Of a stretch of DNA of 64,000 bases, positions 8,638-18,257 are shown one piece after another. A program made the translations under genes and the position numbers. The DNA is from a virus: the IMG/VR virus record IMGVR_UViG_2785510761_000001, one strand, 5' to 3'. The notes beneath the pieces were generated by a model that saw only the letters and a program-made list of their open reading frames with translations, did no database searches and was not told the origin of the DNA. Each line of letters begins with the position of its first letter. Positions within the stretch are counted from its first letter, which is position 1.

Positions 8638-9578
8638 GCTTTGATTATGGACGGCTGCAGAGCGACTGCATGCGCAAGCGCGATTCCGATGTGCTCGGCA
8701 AGCTTCGGGGGTACGGCGTTCCCCACCATCTGTTCGGCGTTCGTGCGACTACCGACAAACATGAACCCTGGTGGGAACGTCTGTATCGCGGCACGCTCTT
8801 TCAAGGTGAGTGCTCTGACTTCCGACGGGGCCGAGGCGTCGCCCGGATGCTGCTGGTAGGCCGGAGGCATCGGGCGGTTCACTCCACGGATAGTCGGACT
8901 CGGTTCGTCGATTGAGAAGATTGCACGTCGTGCGTACGAGCGTGGATGCCGGTAGTACGCCTCGACCCCCAGTGATTCTCCTAAGGCTTCCCGAACGGTC
9001 ATTGGGCGTGATGCAGCGCTGTCACGGATCAGCTGGAAGATCTGCTCAGTGAGAGAACGATCTTGGGTGCCGATGGTGACGAGGCGCTTCCGGGATTGAG
9101 GAGCGCCATACAGTGACGCATCGAGCACCGCCATCTGCACACGGTATCCGGCACCTTCCATGACGGACACGGCAGACTTGAACGCCGCAGCGTGCCGGGC
9201 TCGCGCCACATTCTCCATCACGAAAAGTGGTGGACGGAACCTACTGATGATCGCAGCGAACTTCTCAGTGAGGTCTGCGCGGGCTCCTTCGACCCGGTGC
9301 CCGGCGGATGAGAAGTCCTGGCATGGAGGCCCGCCGACGACGATGGGGAACTCACGTCCGCCGAGCTCATACTGCTCAAGTTCCAGGAAGGTAGCTTCAA
9401 GATCACCGAGGTCAAGAAGGTTCGCATCATGGCCCAAATTCTGCGTGTATGTATCAACCGCACAGGGCCAGGAATCGTAGCCGCGGAGCACTGTGAAACC
9501 CGCAGCTTGCAGGCCAAGACTCATCCCGCCGCATCCAGAAAACAGGTCAATAACGGGCGGCAGCGATTCTGTGTGCAT
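8634..9578 (-). CDS. dcm: DNA (cytosine-5)-methyltransferase, orphan
   Basis: DLFSGCGG, GGPPCQDFS, ENV, QSRKR, GNAVPP motifs; leaderless start MHTES 8 nt after motif at 9587-9595. Confidence 0.92.
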   Translation of the reverse strand: MHTESLPPVIDLFSGCGGMSLGLQAAGFTVLRGYDSWPCAVDTYTQNLGHDANLLDLGDLEATFLELEQYELGGREFPIVVGGPPCQDFSSAGHRVEGARADLTEKFAAIISRFRPPLFVMENVARARHAAAFKSAVSVMEGAGYRVQMAVLDASLYGAPQSRKRLVTIGTQDRSLTEQIFQLIRDSAASRPMTVREALGESLGVEAYYRHPRSYARRAIFSIDEPSPTIRGVNRPMPPAYQQHPGDASAPSEVRALTLKERAAIQTFPPGFMFVGSRTNAEQMVGNAVPPKLAEHIGIALAHAVALQPSIIKA

Positions 9579-9716
9579 CGCATCTGAATGCGCGGCGCCA
9601 CCCAAAATCAGCCCGTGTCAGATGCGGCGTAGCGGCAAAACCCCGTATGTGATCGGGGTGAGTCAACCTCCTCGGGGGTTCGCTCCCCAGGGCAGACACA
9701 TGAGAAGGGCCATCAG

Positions 9717-10013
9717 ATGGCGAACAGTAAAATCGTCTCCTACGGAGAAATCGAGAGCGCGGCTTCACAGCTCGGAGCAGGTCGCGAGGAGATCACCTCC
9801 AAGCTCACGAACATACAAGCGGAGATCGGCAGCCTCGTCAGCTCCGGCTACGTGACCGATCAGGCTTCGGCTAAGTTCAACGAGGCATACAACCGCTACA
9901 CTCAGTCCGCGAACTCGCTCATCGCCCATCTGAGCGAGATTCAGTCGTTCCTCACGCAGACCGCCAACGCGATGCGTGACATGGGCGCGCCGATCGCGTC
10001 TCGAGACATCTAA
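9717..10013 (+). CDS. WXG100/ESAT-6 family type VII secretion substrate
   Basis: 98-aa helical hairpin protein, VSYGEIESAASQL...SGYVTDQAS.KFNEAY...FLTQTANAMRD; RBS GAAGGG. Confidence 0.85.
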   Translation: MANSKIVSYGEIESAASQLGAGREEITSKLTNIQAEIGSLVSSGYVTDQASAKFNEAYNRYTQSANSLIAHLSEIQSFLTQTANAMRDMGAPIASRDI

Positions 10014-10201
10014 CCTCTCTGCACAGGAACCAGGAAGGCAGGCATCCTCGCGTCTCTGTCACCGCCCACTGGCTCACCTCGGCGATAGGCAACGCGAAAG
10101 GCAGTACTTCCTCAGACGCAATGTCGCCTCACGCAGAACAGTCAGCCTCTCGACTCGGTCGACTTGCTGCCTGTTCTGCGTGAGGCCCACGATCGAGGTG
10201 A

Positions 10202-10443
10202 TCAGTCATCCTCATTTGGGCTGCACCGTGGGTAGCTCTGCTCGTGCGCATCCCACCCTTCGGGGTCGGCGTACCAGCGAGTTGAGTCGTGCTCACTCCA
10301 CAGATGGCGGGGGTTGACGCTCGAATTCATGTAGTTGTCGCAGCAGTTGTAGGCGTTGTCTCCGCCGGAGCGGTCGGGCGGCCCATCGGATCTCCGTGAT
10401 CCGGGCACAGTGCTGGTGTCCAGCATGTTTGAGAGCAAGCCAT
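10202..10443 (-). pseudogene. Small Cys/His-rich protein split by an apparent 1-nt frameshift
   Basis: TGATG-coupled start MACSQTCWTP..CPDHG continues in another frame as NAYNCCDNYM..RHLWSEHDSTRWY; adding one C in the run at 10382-10384 joins them. Confidence 0.4.
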
Positions 10444-11141
10444 CACACACCCCACACCGCTTCAGCGACTGCATGCGTGCGATGCCCCTGCCACAGAGCA
10501 TACGAGGACGAACTTTCGCCGCAGATGCAGCGGCCAGCGAAGACACCGCTCTCGAAAATCGCTTCATGGCCGTGCAGCGCAGCTTCAAGCTTCCGGTCAT
10601 CTCGTGCACTGCTCGCGCGGCGGGGACCGCTGGGAGAATGACCTCCAGTGCTGCTGCTCTCGTCGGGCATCCCACCGCGCCCGCCGCCAAGCTCGCCAAG
10701 TACGGCACGCGTGATAGCGGCAGTGATCGGCTCGTGCCGGCCGTTGCTGTTCCACACACGCTGGGCTGAGTCGATGGCTGCGTAGAGTTTCGCCTCATCC
10801 ACTTCCAGCCCGCCAGGATTCCTGGCAGGTGCGCCCACGGCGATGCCGACAGCTTCGAGCGCGTTTCGCATTCCGTGCGACCCGGCCGTCATTTCCAGTG
10901 AACACAATTGGTCTTCGTTGATCGTCGATGTGATCTGTGGTGCGATAGGACCCACGGTCGCGATGGACTTGAACGCTTCGGAGCCTTCGCGGTAGAGACG
11001 AAACCGTGCTTTTATTTCAGCGGACTCCTCTGCCGTGTATGTGTGGCGGGGATCGATTGCGCCAAGCTCGCGCAGATACCCCAGCTCTGCAAAGGTCAAG
11101 ACCGCTTCGATCTGCTCAGGGGTTGGTTCTACGTTCGACAT
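10443..11141 (-). CDS. Hypothetical protein (MSNVEP...)
   Basis: RBS GAGGGA, motif at 11183-11191, C-terminal H..CxC..H pattern. Confidence 0.7.
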   Translation of the reverse strand: MSNVEPTPEQIEAVLTFAELGYLRELGAIDPRHTYTAEESAEIKARFRLYREGSEAFKSIATVGPIAPQITSTINEDQLCSLEMTAGSHGMRNALEAVGIAVGAPARNPGGLEVDEAKLYAAIDSAQRVWNSNGRHEPITAAITRAVLGELGGGRGGMPDESSSTGGHSPSGPRRASSARDDRKLEAALHGHEAIFESGVFAGRCICGESSSSYALWQGHRTHAVAEAVWGV

Positions 11142-11176
11142 GCTTCCCTCTCGTGAGCCGCACTGTGCGCCTCCAG

Positions 11177-11650
11177 CTAGGGAATGCGCGGCTGGAGTGC
11201 GTCGGGGAGGTCGTTGAGCGTGGCCTTTGGCATCCGGCTGAACGCCTCTGGCCACTGCCATGCGAGCCGAACGATTGCCGGAAGCACCGGAACGTCGTAG
11301 TAACGTTCCCTCGGCTCTTCGCTTGAGTAGAGGAGGGTCGCAATCTCCTGAGGGTCATCGGTCAGGTGAAACCCGCGCACATAGCCATCCGGGGCCGATC
11401 TCCACTTGCTGAGGTTCGGGCGCCCTTCAACATCCAGCGGATACCCGGCGTGAGTTTCTACGAACACGTGATCCCAACACCACTCCTCAAGCACCAGGCC
11501 CGGTTCGTCCTCTGGCCAGTACGCCGCAAACACCATCCGGAAGCCGAACATCCGATGAAGTGCTAGCGCGAGCACCCAGCAGTCGCCGTACAGGAACGCC
11601 TGACGTTCAACTTCGATGTCGCTCTGGCGAGTGCTCACCGTCGACATCAT
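11177..11650 (-). CDS. Hypothetical protein (GDCWVLALALH ... H motif)
   Basis: ATGA overlap with the ligase gene; 157 aa. Confidence 0.7.
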   Translation of the reverse strand: MMSTVSTRQSDIEVERQAFLYGDCWVLALALHRMFGFRMVFAAYWPEDEPGLVLEEWCWDHVFVETHAGYPLDVEGRPNLSKWRSAPDGYVRGFHLTDDPQEIATLLYSSEEPRERYYDVPVLPAIVRLAWQWPEAFSRMPKATLNDLPDALQPRIP

Positions 11651-13953
11651 GACCGCATGCTCTCTTCCCCATGTGCTTCGAACACGCGCGCGAGGTCAAG
11701 GCGGGGGCTTCCGTCTACCCCATCCACCGTAAACTCACCAAGGGTGATACGATCCCACACGCCGGTGGATCGCAAGTCGGCTTCCAGTCCTGAATGCCGC
11801 TGACCCAGCGTGTCCGCAGCGCCGCACCAGAACCGCTCGAGAACCCCGCGTGTTGCCTTGCGCTCAGCGTACAGGTTCGCCTTCAACTTGCTTCGGTACC
11901 CACTCGCGTCCACCAGCACGACACCCTCGTCCGACCGCCCAAGCGCGTCATCGAGAGCGTCAACAATCTCTTCGGGGGAGTGCAGGATTCGTTCGGCATC
12001 CGCGACCCCGAATCCGAAGCGTCGGGAGATGCCCCGCCGGATGCTCTCGTCCGTCTCGAACTTCACCACGTTGCGGATGCAGTCCAGTAGCACGAGCCTG
12101 TCACCGCCCGGCTCCGCGATCGGGTGAGTGTCGCGTGCTGCGATCACCTCGAATACGGCGGTCGTGTTTGTGCGCGAAAGCATGCCCGCGAGCGCGGCGG
12201 CGTTCATCACGTCACCCAGGTGGTTCACGAGCATCTGCTCTGCGAACTTCGAGTACGGGGTGATCCCGGACTTCGAGAACACCACGAGTTTGCCGCCTAC
12301 ACTGGCCACCAGCGCCAAGTACCCGTTGTACTTCTTGCGCACCTCGACCGGATATGCCGTGGTCAAGCGGTTCAACCAGTGCTCATGAGACCGGCCTGGG
12401 TCTTCACCGACGTGGAAGAATTTCTCGTACCCACGCGCCGCGATCTTCCCAGTTGCCTCGTTGATGAACAGACCGCGGGCGTGGACGGTCAGATCATCCC
12501 ACGAGCCCTTCCGGAACGCCTCACGGGTGAAGTTACAGGCCACAATGTCAGTGAGGCCCAATACTGGCTTCACCTTCACATGCTCTGACTCCCGCATGTG
12601 CGTGAGCAGATCAGTAGCGTCGGTCGGATCGAGGTTCTTCCTGACCCAAGGCCTCATGCGGTTGCGCGCAGCGGTGGAGGCGTCGACACGGTCGTTGAAG
12701 TGGTGGACAGAGTAATGCCCACTTGCGCTGAGCTCAGCAACGCTCACGCTGCCGCCAGCAGATGCCCCTGACTCCAGGCAGATGATGGGGTCACCATGCA
12801 CGTCATACGAGACCGTGTCGACAGGGCGGTCCTCCGGCTGGCTGTTGCGGTGGCCATGCAGCTGCCATCCAGCCAGCGGCATGTCTGCCACGTTGTAGCT
12901 GGTCTTGCCTCGGTACGTCTTCCCGCGGGTGCTTAGACCGTAGACACACTCGGCCTCAGCGATGTGTTCGGTCATCCCGTCCATGATCTTCTGACGCGTT
13001 CCCGCGCCCACGCCGCCATGCGTGACCAGCCAGTCTTCCCCTCCGATGTGCACCACCAGGTATGGCTGCGTGGCATCCACGAACGCGTTCTGCTCGCCGG
13101 CCATCACTCCGGCGCCGAGCAGCTTGTTACGAGTATCACGAGTGTCGGTGTGCCGGGATGTGGTGGTGTGATTGTTCACAGCGCGTAGGTGCTGCTCATG
13201 GTTGCCGGTAATGACAGTGCCACGACCCTCCGCCAACATCTTCTGGACGGTATTCCATACACCAACCGGGTCTGGGCCGCGGTCAAACAGGTCACCAGCG
13301 AACACCCAGTGCGGACGGTCGTCACCGTCGAACTCATCGACTATCCGGTCAAGTGCGTCGGAGCACGAATGCACGTCCCCGACGACGATTACGCGCCCCT
13401 GCGAAGTAAATTCTGGCACGCTGGTTGCGATGGCGATGCGCTGCTGAACAAAGGAAAGATCTGCAGTGCCGTCGATCACGCCGACGACATTTGGACTCAC
13501 CGGCTTCTGGGCGCAGCGCTCGTACATGCTCTCTAGTTCATCGGTATCGATGCGACTCGTACCTCGACCAGAGTTTCTGATCATCAGCTCGTCCAGCGTG
13601 ATTTCCCCCTGGCAGTCGATCAACCACGTTCGGTAGCCGTACTCCTTGGCGAGATTGATGATGTCGTTCTGATACTTCACCTGGGAGCTTGTCGCATCGA
13701 AGAATACGGTTGTCCCCGCTGCGAGTCGGGCCCTGAGTGCGGCGAGGGTTGCGGTTCTCGCAGCGAACTCCGCTTCATCGTTCAGTCGCAGTGTCTCGCC
13801 GAGAGATCCGTCCTTCTCGACGCATGGGAAAGCTACCGAGAACAGCTCACGAAACTGGTCGTACCCAACTGTCAGGTGTTCTACCTGAAGTGCTCGGATA
13901 AGTGAAGTCTTCCCGGTGCCGGGAGCTCCGCTAAGCAGAAACAGCGAACGCAT
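11647..13953 (-). CDS. Polynucleotide kinase / metallophosphoesterase / RNA ligase fusion (PNKP-Rnl RNA-repair type)
   Basis: GAPGTGKT P-loop; GDVHS, GDLFDRG, GNHE, THGG, HGH phosphoesterase motifs; ARGLF, YEKFF, KYNG, FEVI, EGVV ligase motifs. Confidence 0.88.
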   Translation of the reverse strand: MRSLFLLSGAPGTGKTSLIRALQVEHLTVGYDQFRELFSVAFPCVEKDGSLGETLRLNDEAEFAARTATLAALRARLAAGTTVFFDATSSQVKYQNDIINLAKEYGYRTWLIDCQGEITLDELMIRNSGRGTSRIDTDELESMYERCAQKPVSPNVVGVIDGTADLSFVQQRIAIATSVPEFTSQGRVIVVGDVHSCSDALDRIVDEFDGDDRPHWVFAGDLFDRGPDPVGVWNTVQKMLAEGRGTVITGNHEQHLRAVNNHTTTSRHTDTRDTRNKLLGAGVMAGEQNAFVDATQPYLVVHIGGEDWLVTHGGVGAGTRQKIMDGMTEHIAEAECVYGLSTRGKTYRGKTSYNVADMPLAGWQLHGHRNSQPEDRPVDTVSYDVHGDPIICLESGASAGGSVSVAELSASGHYSVHHFNDRVDASTAARNRMRPWVRKNLDPTDATDLLTHMRESEHVKVKPVLGLTDIVACNFTREAFRKGSWDDLTVHARGLFINEATGKIAARGYEKFFHVGEDPGRSHEHWLNRLTTAYPVEVRKKYNGYLALVASVGGKLVVFSKSGITPYSKFAEQMLVNHLGDVMNAAALAGMLSRTNTTAVFEVIAARDTHPIAEPGGDRLVLLDCIRNVVKFETDESIRRGISRRFGFGVADAERILHSPEEIVDALDDALGRSDEGVVLVDASGYRSKLKANLYAERKATRGVLERFWCGAADTLGQRHSGLEADLRSTGVWDRITLGEFTVDGVDGSPRLDLARVFEAHGEESMRS

Positions 13954-14008
13954 GGTGTGTCCTTTCAATGGCGCATCATGCGCCGACACACTGGCAATGC
14001 GCGGCCGT

Positions 14009-14347
14009 TCACCGCCCGAATTCGACAGCCAGGTGGGTGAGCATCGCCTCCGCGGCCTCCCACTCCTCCTGGCTGAGGGCGGGATGGTCAACATCGTGCA
14101 CAGGGACGATCAAGCTGCACACAACAGCGCGGGCGTGAGCGGATGGAATTTCCGCCAGGCGGTCTGCGCCGTCGGTGAGAGTCTCGATCAGGCGTTCGGC
14201 CGCAGTGAACTGTTCGGCAGTCCAGCAATACACTCCGCCGGCGTGAACATCGTCGACCTGTGCGAGAAGTGCGTTATGAATAACGAGTCGGTCGGCAGCG
14301 CTAAGCGCCGTCGGTTCGGCGAGCCCCGGAATCGTCAACGAACCCAT
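14009..14347 (-). CDS. Hypothetical protein
   Basis: 112-aa ORF overlapping the stop of the upstream gene. Confidence 0.6.
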   Translation of the reverse strand: MGSLTIPGLAEPTALSAADRLVIHNALLAQVDDVHAGGVYCWTAEQFTAAERLIETLTDGADRLAEIPSAHARAVVCSLIVPVHDVDHPALSQEEWEAAEAMLTHLAVEFGR

Positions 14348-15135
14348 GGTTCCTCAATGTAGTCGCAACTGGTGCCGGTGCACGATCTCTTCCATCCCGG
14401 CCCGAACACTTCCGGGTTGATCTCGCACTTCGGGCAAGCATTTCCGGTGAGCGCGTAGGACACACCGCCGACGAAGACTTCCTCCCCAGCGAACCAACCG
14501 CGTGCGCGTGCGGTGTCGCCCAGCAGGCTGCCGAGGATGAAATGAGCGGCGCGTTTCGCCTTGTTCCGTTCAGTGTCATACACCGTGTCGTCAGCGATGA
14601 TCTGCCCGATGCCTTCGCCGACCCATGCGCCAGTAACCCCTGTCGGTAGCAGCGCCGAGTGCTCGGCAAGATACTGCTCAACGGTCGTCGCGATGGGCAC
14701 GGCAGTCCCTCTGGTGCGGTCCAGGGCTCGCGCCAAGTCCTGGACGAACGCTTCCATAGGAACATCTCGAATCTGGTCGCTTGGGAGCGCCGATACTGGC
14801 TCCGCGCCAGATGCATCGAGAGTAAGCATGGCCGCTGCCACTTCGCATTGAATCCAGTCTTCGCGCTCCTGCGAGGGGCGATCTCGATCGCCCGCCCCAG
14901 CCCCGTACGCGATGGCTGTACGGATGCGGGATTCAATCTCCCTCCGCACCTGCTCCAGTTTTCCAGTCGCAGTTCCGTTCAGCGTCTCAAGTACACGGTC
15001 AGCCATGAACTCACTCCATTTGCGGTGCAGATCACCGGGGAACACGCCATCAAGCACGCCCGGCTCGTCGGCAGGCGTGCTTTCGAACATGGCAACCAGC
15101 AGGTCACGTGAAATGCTCAACGGACGACCTCCCAT
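14335..15135 (-). CDS. Hypothetical protein with C-terminal CxxC..CxGxxC
   Basis: 266-aa ORF in a coupled operon. Confidence 0.65.
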   Translation of the reverse strand: MGGRPLSISRDLLVAMFESTPADEPGVLDGVFPGDLHRKWSEFMADRVLETLNGTATGKLEQVRREIESRIRTAIAYGAGAGDRDRPSQEREDWIQCEVAAAMLTLDASGAEPVSALPSDQIRDVPMEAFVQDLARALDRTRGTAVPIATTVEQYLAEHSALLPTGVTGAWVGEGIGQIIADDTVYDTERNKAKRAAHFILGSLLGDTARARGWFAGEEVFVGGVSYALTGNACPKCEINPEVFGPGWKRSCTGTSCDYIEEPWVR

Positions 15136-15464
15136 GTTGCGCCAGGCAGGTCGGATGCTGCGCGAACGAGCTCGTCTCCGTGTTCCGCACTTAGCAGTGC
15201 TTCCGCTTCAGCGCGCGTATCTCGGCCGCGGATGCTGCCGTCTGTGTATCGCACGCCCCAGCGATAATCGTCATCGGCGCGGACGGTTCGACCGAGGATG
15301 ATCAGTTCGACCGACTCAGGGTCGTCGGCACGCTGAGCTGAGAGGTCCAGCAGGTCGGAAGCGAGCTCAACCAGCGCGCGGTCGTACTCGGGGCTCTCTC
15401 CACTGCACGAAGCCAACAGCCGTGCAGTTTCGATGATCGCTTCTGTGCTCAGCGTGACGCTCAT
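15117..15464 (-). CDS. Hypothetical protein
   Basis: RBS GAGGG, motif at 15510-15518. Confidence 0.7.
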   Translation of the reverse strand: MSVTLSTEAIIETARLLASCSGESPEYDRALVELASDLLDLSAQRADDPESVELIILGRTVRADDDYRWGVRYTDGSIRGRDTRAEAEALLSAEHGDELVRAASDLPGATWEVVR

Positions 15465-15539
15465 GATGCCCTCTCACTGACGGGAACCGCTCCCGCCATC
15501 TGATCAGGTAATGCGCGGGCAAAGTTCCCACACTCAAGC

Positions 15540-18257
15540 TCACCCGGTCGGATCCACCTCGGGCACCACGATGTCGTCGTATCCCTTCAGGTTCTGCAAA
15601 CCGCTTGTTGGGTGCCATGCCCCGGGCGCCACGTTGCCATACTCATGGCACTCCTCGTTCAGCGCGGCCAGCGTTACCCCGGCAGGGTCGCCTCCCCGCA
15701 TGATGCGACTGCCAATGATTCCCCACAGGGTGCGGTCATGCACGGGTGAGTCGGTGTGCTGCGCTGCGAGGTGCTGTGCCCAGAGGTCGTCGGCGTTCGG
15801 CCCGTAGTCTTCGACGAACTTCTCGCGTTCCTCGTCGCGCCTGCGTTCCATGATGATGGCTTGCACCGCGGCGACGTACCGGTAGGAACGTGCGCTTAGC
15901 TTCTCCCGCTGGGCTTGTTGCTCTTCATGCGCCGCAATGCCGCGATCCCGCCACTCAGCGGCTGCTCCCATTTTTCGCTCGTCGATCCACACCAGCGTCG
16001 GGTCGCCGGCCCGGCGATGCGGCGAATCTGCGACGCGCCAGGGAACGCTGCCGTACGGTGACCCGTCGAAACCGCCAAATGTCTCCCTGAACATGCGACC
16101 AGACCAGCCGCCCATGTATGGGTTGGTGGAGCCCGATAGCCGCACCGCCCCTTGCATGTCCTTTTCCACCCATTTTGAGATCAGTTTCACGCGGCCGTCT
16201 AGTGGGGTGCGCGAAGGGATAGTCTCGGCGGACGCCGGATCTTCACCGGTCCAGACATATGCGCCCAGGCCGCGACGATCCGGCATCTTCGGGTTGAAGT
16301 ATTCGACGATCGCAAGCAGCCCTGCCCCAGCCTCGTCGCTGAGTCTCTCAACGAGGTCGGAGCGCTCAGCAGGTGTGATGTACTGCCGTCTGTTCGCGGA
16401 GAACTGCCAGTTATCCCACTCTTCTGAATTCCACGCAACATGGAGGAGCGCTGCCGCTCGCTGCTGCAATATCTGGCCGGTTCGAGTAGCGCCGAACGTG
16501 CCGTTCCTCCGGATGCGGGTTACATCGATGTACACGCGCTCGTCTTGCGGGGCGTATGGTGTCGGCCGGTACGCATGCCATTCGCCCTGGCGGTTCCTCG
16601 CAACGCAAATACTGCCTTCGAGCTGACGCCCTGCGGACACCATGCGTTCAAGAAGCTCTGCGTCTGTGGTGGCCGCGCTTCGGGCGCTGAACTCTTCAAC
16701 GATCTGATCAGCAGCTCGTTTCTCGTGTTGAGGGTCACCGTTCAGGGGCTTGCACCAGGTGGTGCGGAGCTTGAACCAGTGCACCAGATCCTCGAGCAGT
16801 TCGTCCACGGATTCGTGATCTGCGCCGGCGTTCAGCAGCATCCCACGCAGGAGCACCCGGAACGGAGCCTCTTTCTTGGCCTCCGCGCGCTTCGCATCAA
16901 GAGCCGCGCGGATAGTAGGCACCATCGACAGAAAGTGCTTCGACCGTTCATCCCGGCTCGCGAGATACCGCTCCAGCTCGGGCACGGTCACCAAATCGAA
17001 CGGGAGCACCCAGTTGTCGTCTGAGTACAGCTGGTAGCTCGCTCGCTGCTTCGCCTCCGTTGGGCTTTCACCGCGGTACACGTACCCTGGCTCACCGGGG
17101 ACTGGGACGTTCCGCCGGTACACCATATCGGTGCGCTTGAAACGTATCACGAACCCGTGATCCCGCCGATCTTCGAGCAGGTAGGGGACGTTGTGCTCCA
17201 GGCCCTCAGCGTACTTCGGGCGCACCCGGCCCGGACCGTCGTCACGAGAGTGGGAGTGCTGGTTCCGCCAGCTGCCGATGACGCGCAGGCCGGGTCGGAG
17301 TTGGGCGTTCAACCGACGCTGGTAGTCCGCGAAGGGCTCACGCCCGTCACCAAGCTGGATCGAGTCCTCATCATCCTGGATGAGCACGATTTGTCCACGA
17401 TCCTGCGAACTGATGTCCAGAAAGCTCGCTCCTGCAGGCTGGGGCTGCCAGATGGTGGTGCGGTCGAGGACACCCTGCAGCACCATCATGATGCGCATGT
17501 AGTGCCGGCGGCGCGCATCCGCCCGCTCTTCAAGCTGCAGCCAGCGCTCCGACCCCGGCTGCACGGGTGCCCCGGAAGATACCCCGAAGAGTTTCTGGTC
17601 GAAAATGTCAGCGAACTCGCGGCGGCGGGGGAGCACCCGGTCGCCGACATGGAGTGCCGGGTCAACGGAGATCATGTACAGACGCTCGCCGTTACGGATC
17701 AGCCAGTGCGATTGCGCGTTCGCCTGATCACGTCCGGCATCCTCCCATGGGTTCCCTGAGTCTGATGGCACCTTCGTTGGCACAAGCACGACGCAGCCTT
17801 TCGGCTCTGGCAGCACACGATCCAGGTGTCGCGGGTCAGGAAGGAGCCAGTCAGTGAAGTCTTGGACATTCGAGAAGTCGAGCCCGAGAACGAGCGCTTC
17901 CTCTGACATGGCGAGCACCTTCTGGCGTAGTGTAATCGGTGTGCTTTCTGGCGCAGGCGCCCCTTCACGGAGCGTGCATACCTCCTCGTCACGGCCGAGG
18001 TACAAGTTCACCGTCCACAGGATCTCAGTCATCTGGGCGAGCTGTTTCTGCATCGGCGCCATCATCGCTTCGAGTTCCGCAGTCTTCCGCCTGAACTCAG
18101 CTTCCATCTCCCTGCGCTGACGCTCCAGATCGGTTCGCAGTTCCTCCTGCTTTGCGGCAACCTCAAGCTTCTGCCGCATCAAATCAGCGCGATGCTCGGC
18201 AGCCTGCGCGCGAACCGAGATCGCGTCACCGGGGGAGTGAGGGATGAGCTCACTCAT
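15540..18257 (-). CDS. Large (~905 aa) hypothetical protein with N-terminal coiled coil
   Basis: Long ORF coupled to the upstream gene; heptad-rich LMRQKLEVAAKQEELRTDLERQRREMEAEFRRKTAELE; no recognised domain. Confidence 0.85.
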   Translation of the reverse strand: MSELIPHSPGDAISVRAQAAEHRADLMRQKLEVAAKQEELRTDLERQRREMEAEFRRKTAELEAMMAPMQKQLAQMTEILWTVNLYLGRDEEVCTLREGAPAPESTPITLRQKVLAMSEEALVLGLDFSNVQDFTDWLLPDPRHLDRVLPEPKGCVVLVPTKVPSDSGNPWEDAGRDQANAQSHWLIRNGERLYMISVDPALHVGDRVLPRRREFADIFDQKLFGVSSGAPVQPGSERWLQLEERADARRRHYMRIMMVLQGVLDRTTIWQPQPAGASFLDISSQDRGQIVLIQDDEDSIQLGDGREPFADYQRRLNAQLRPGLRVIGSWRNQHSHSRDDGPGRVRPKYAEGLEHNVPYLLEDRRDHGFVIRFKRTDMVYRRNVPVPGEPGYVYRGESPTEAKQRASYQLYSDDNWVLPFDLVTVPELERYLASRDERSKHFLSMVPTIRAALDAKRAEAKKEAPFRVLLRGMLLNAGADHESVDELLEDLVHWFKLRTTWCKPLNGDPQHEKRAADQIVEEFSARSAATTDAELLERMVSAGRQLEGSICVARNRQGEWHAYRPTPYAPQDERVYIDVTRIRRNGTFGATRTGQILQQRAAALLHVAWNSEEWDNWQFSANRRQYITPAERSDLVERLSDEAGAGLLAIVEYFNPKMPDRRGLGAYVWTGEDPASAETIPSRTPLDGRVKLISKWVEKDMQGAVRLSGSTNPYMGGWSGRMFRETFGGFDGSPYGSVPWRVADSPHRRAGDPTLVWIDERKMGAAAEWRDRGIAAHEEQQAQREKLSARSYRYVAAVQAIIMERRRDEEREKFVEDYGPNADDLWAQHLAAQHTDSPVHDRTLWGIIGSRIMRGGDPAGVTLAALNEECHEYGNVAPGAWHPTSGLQNLKGYDDIVVPEVDPTG

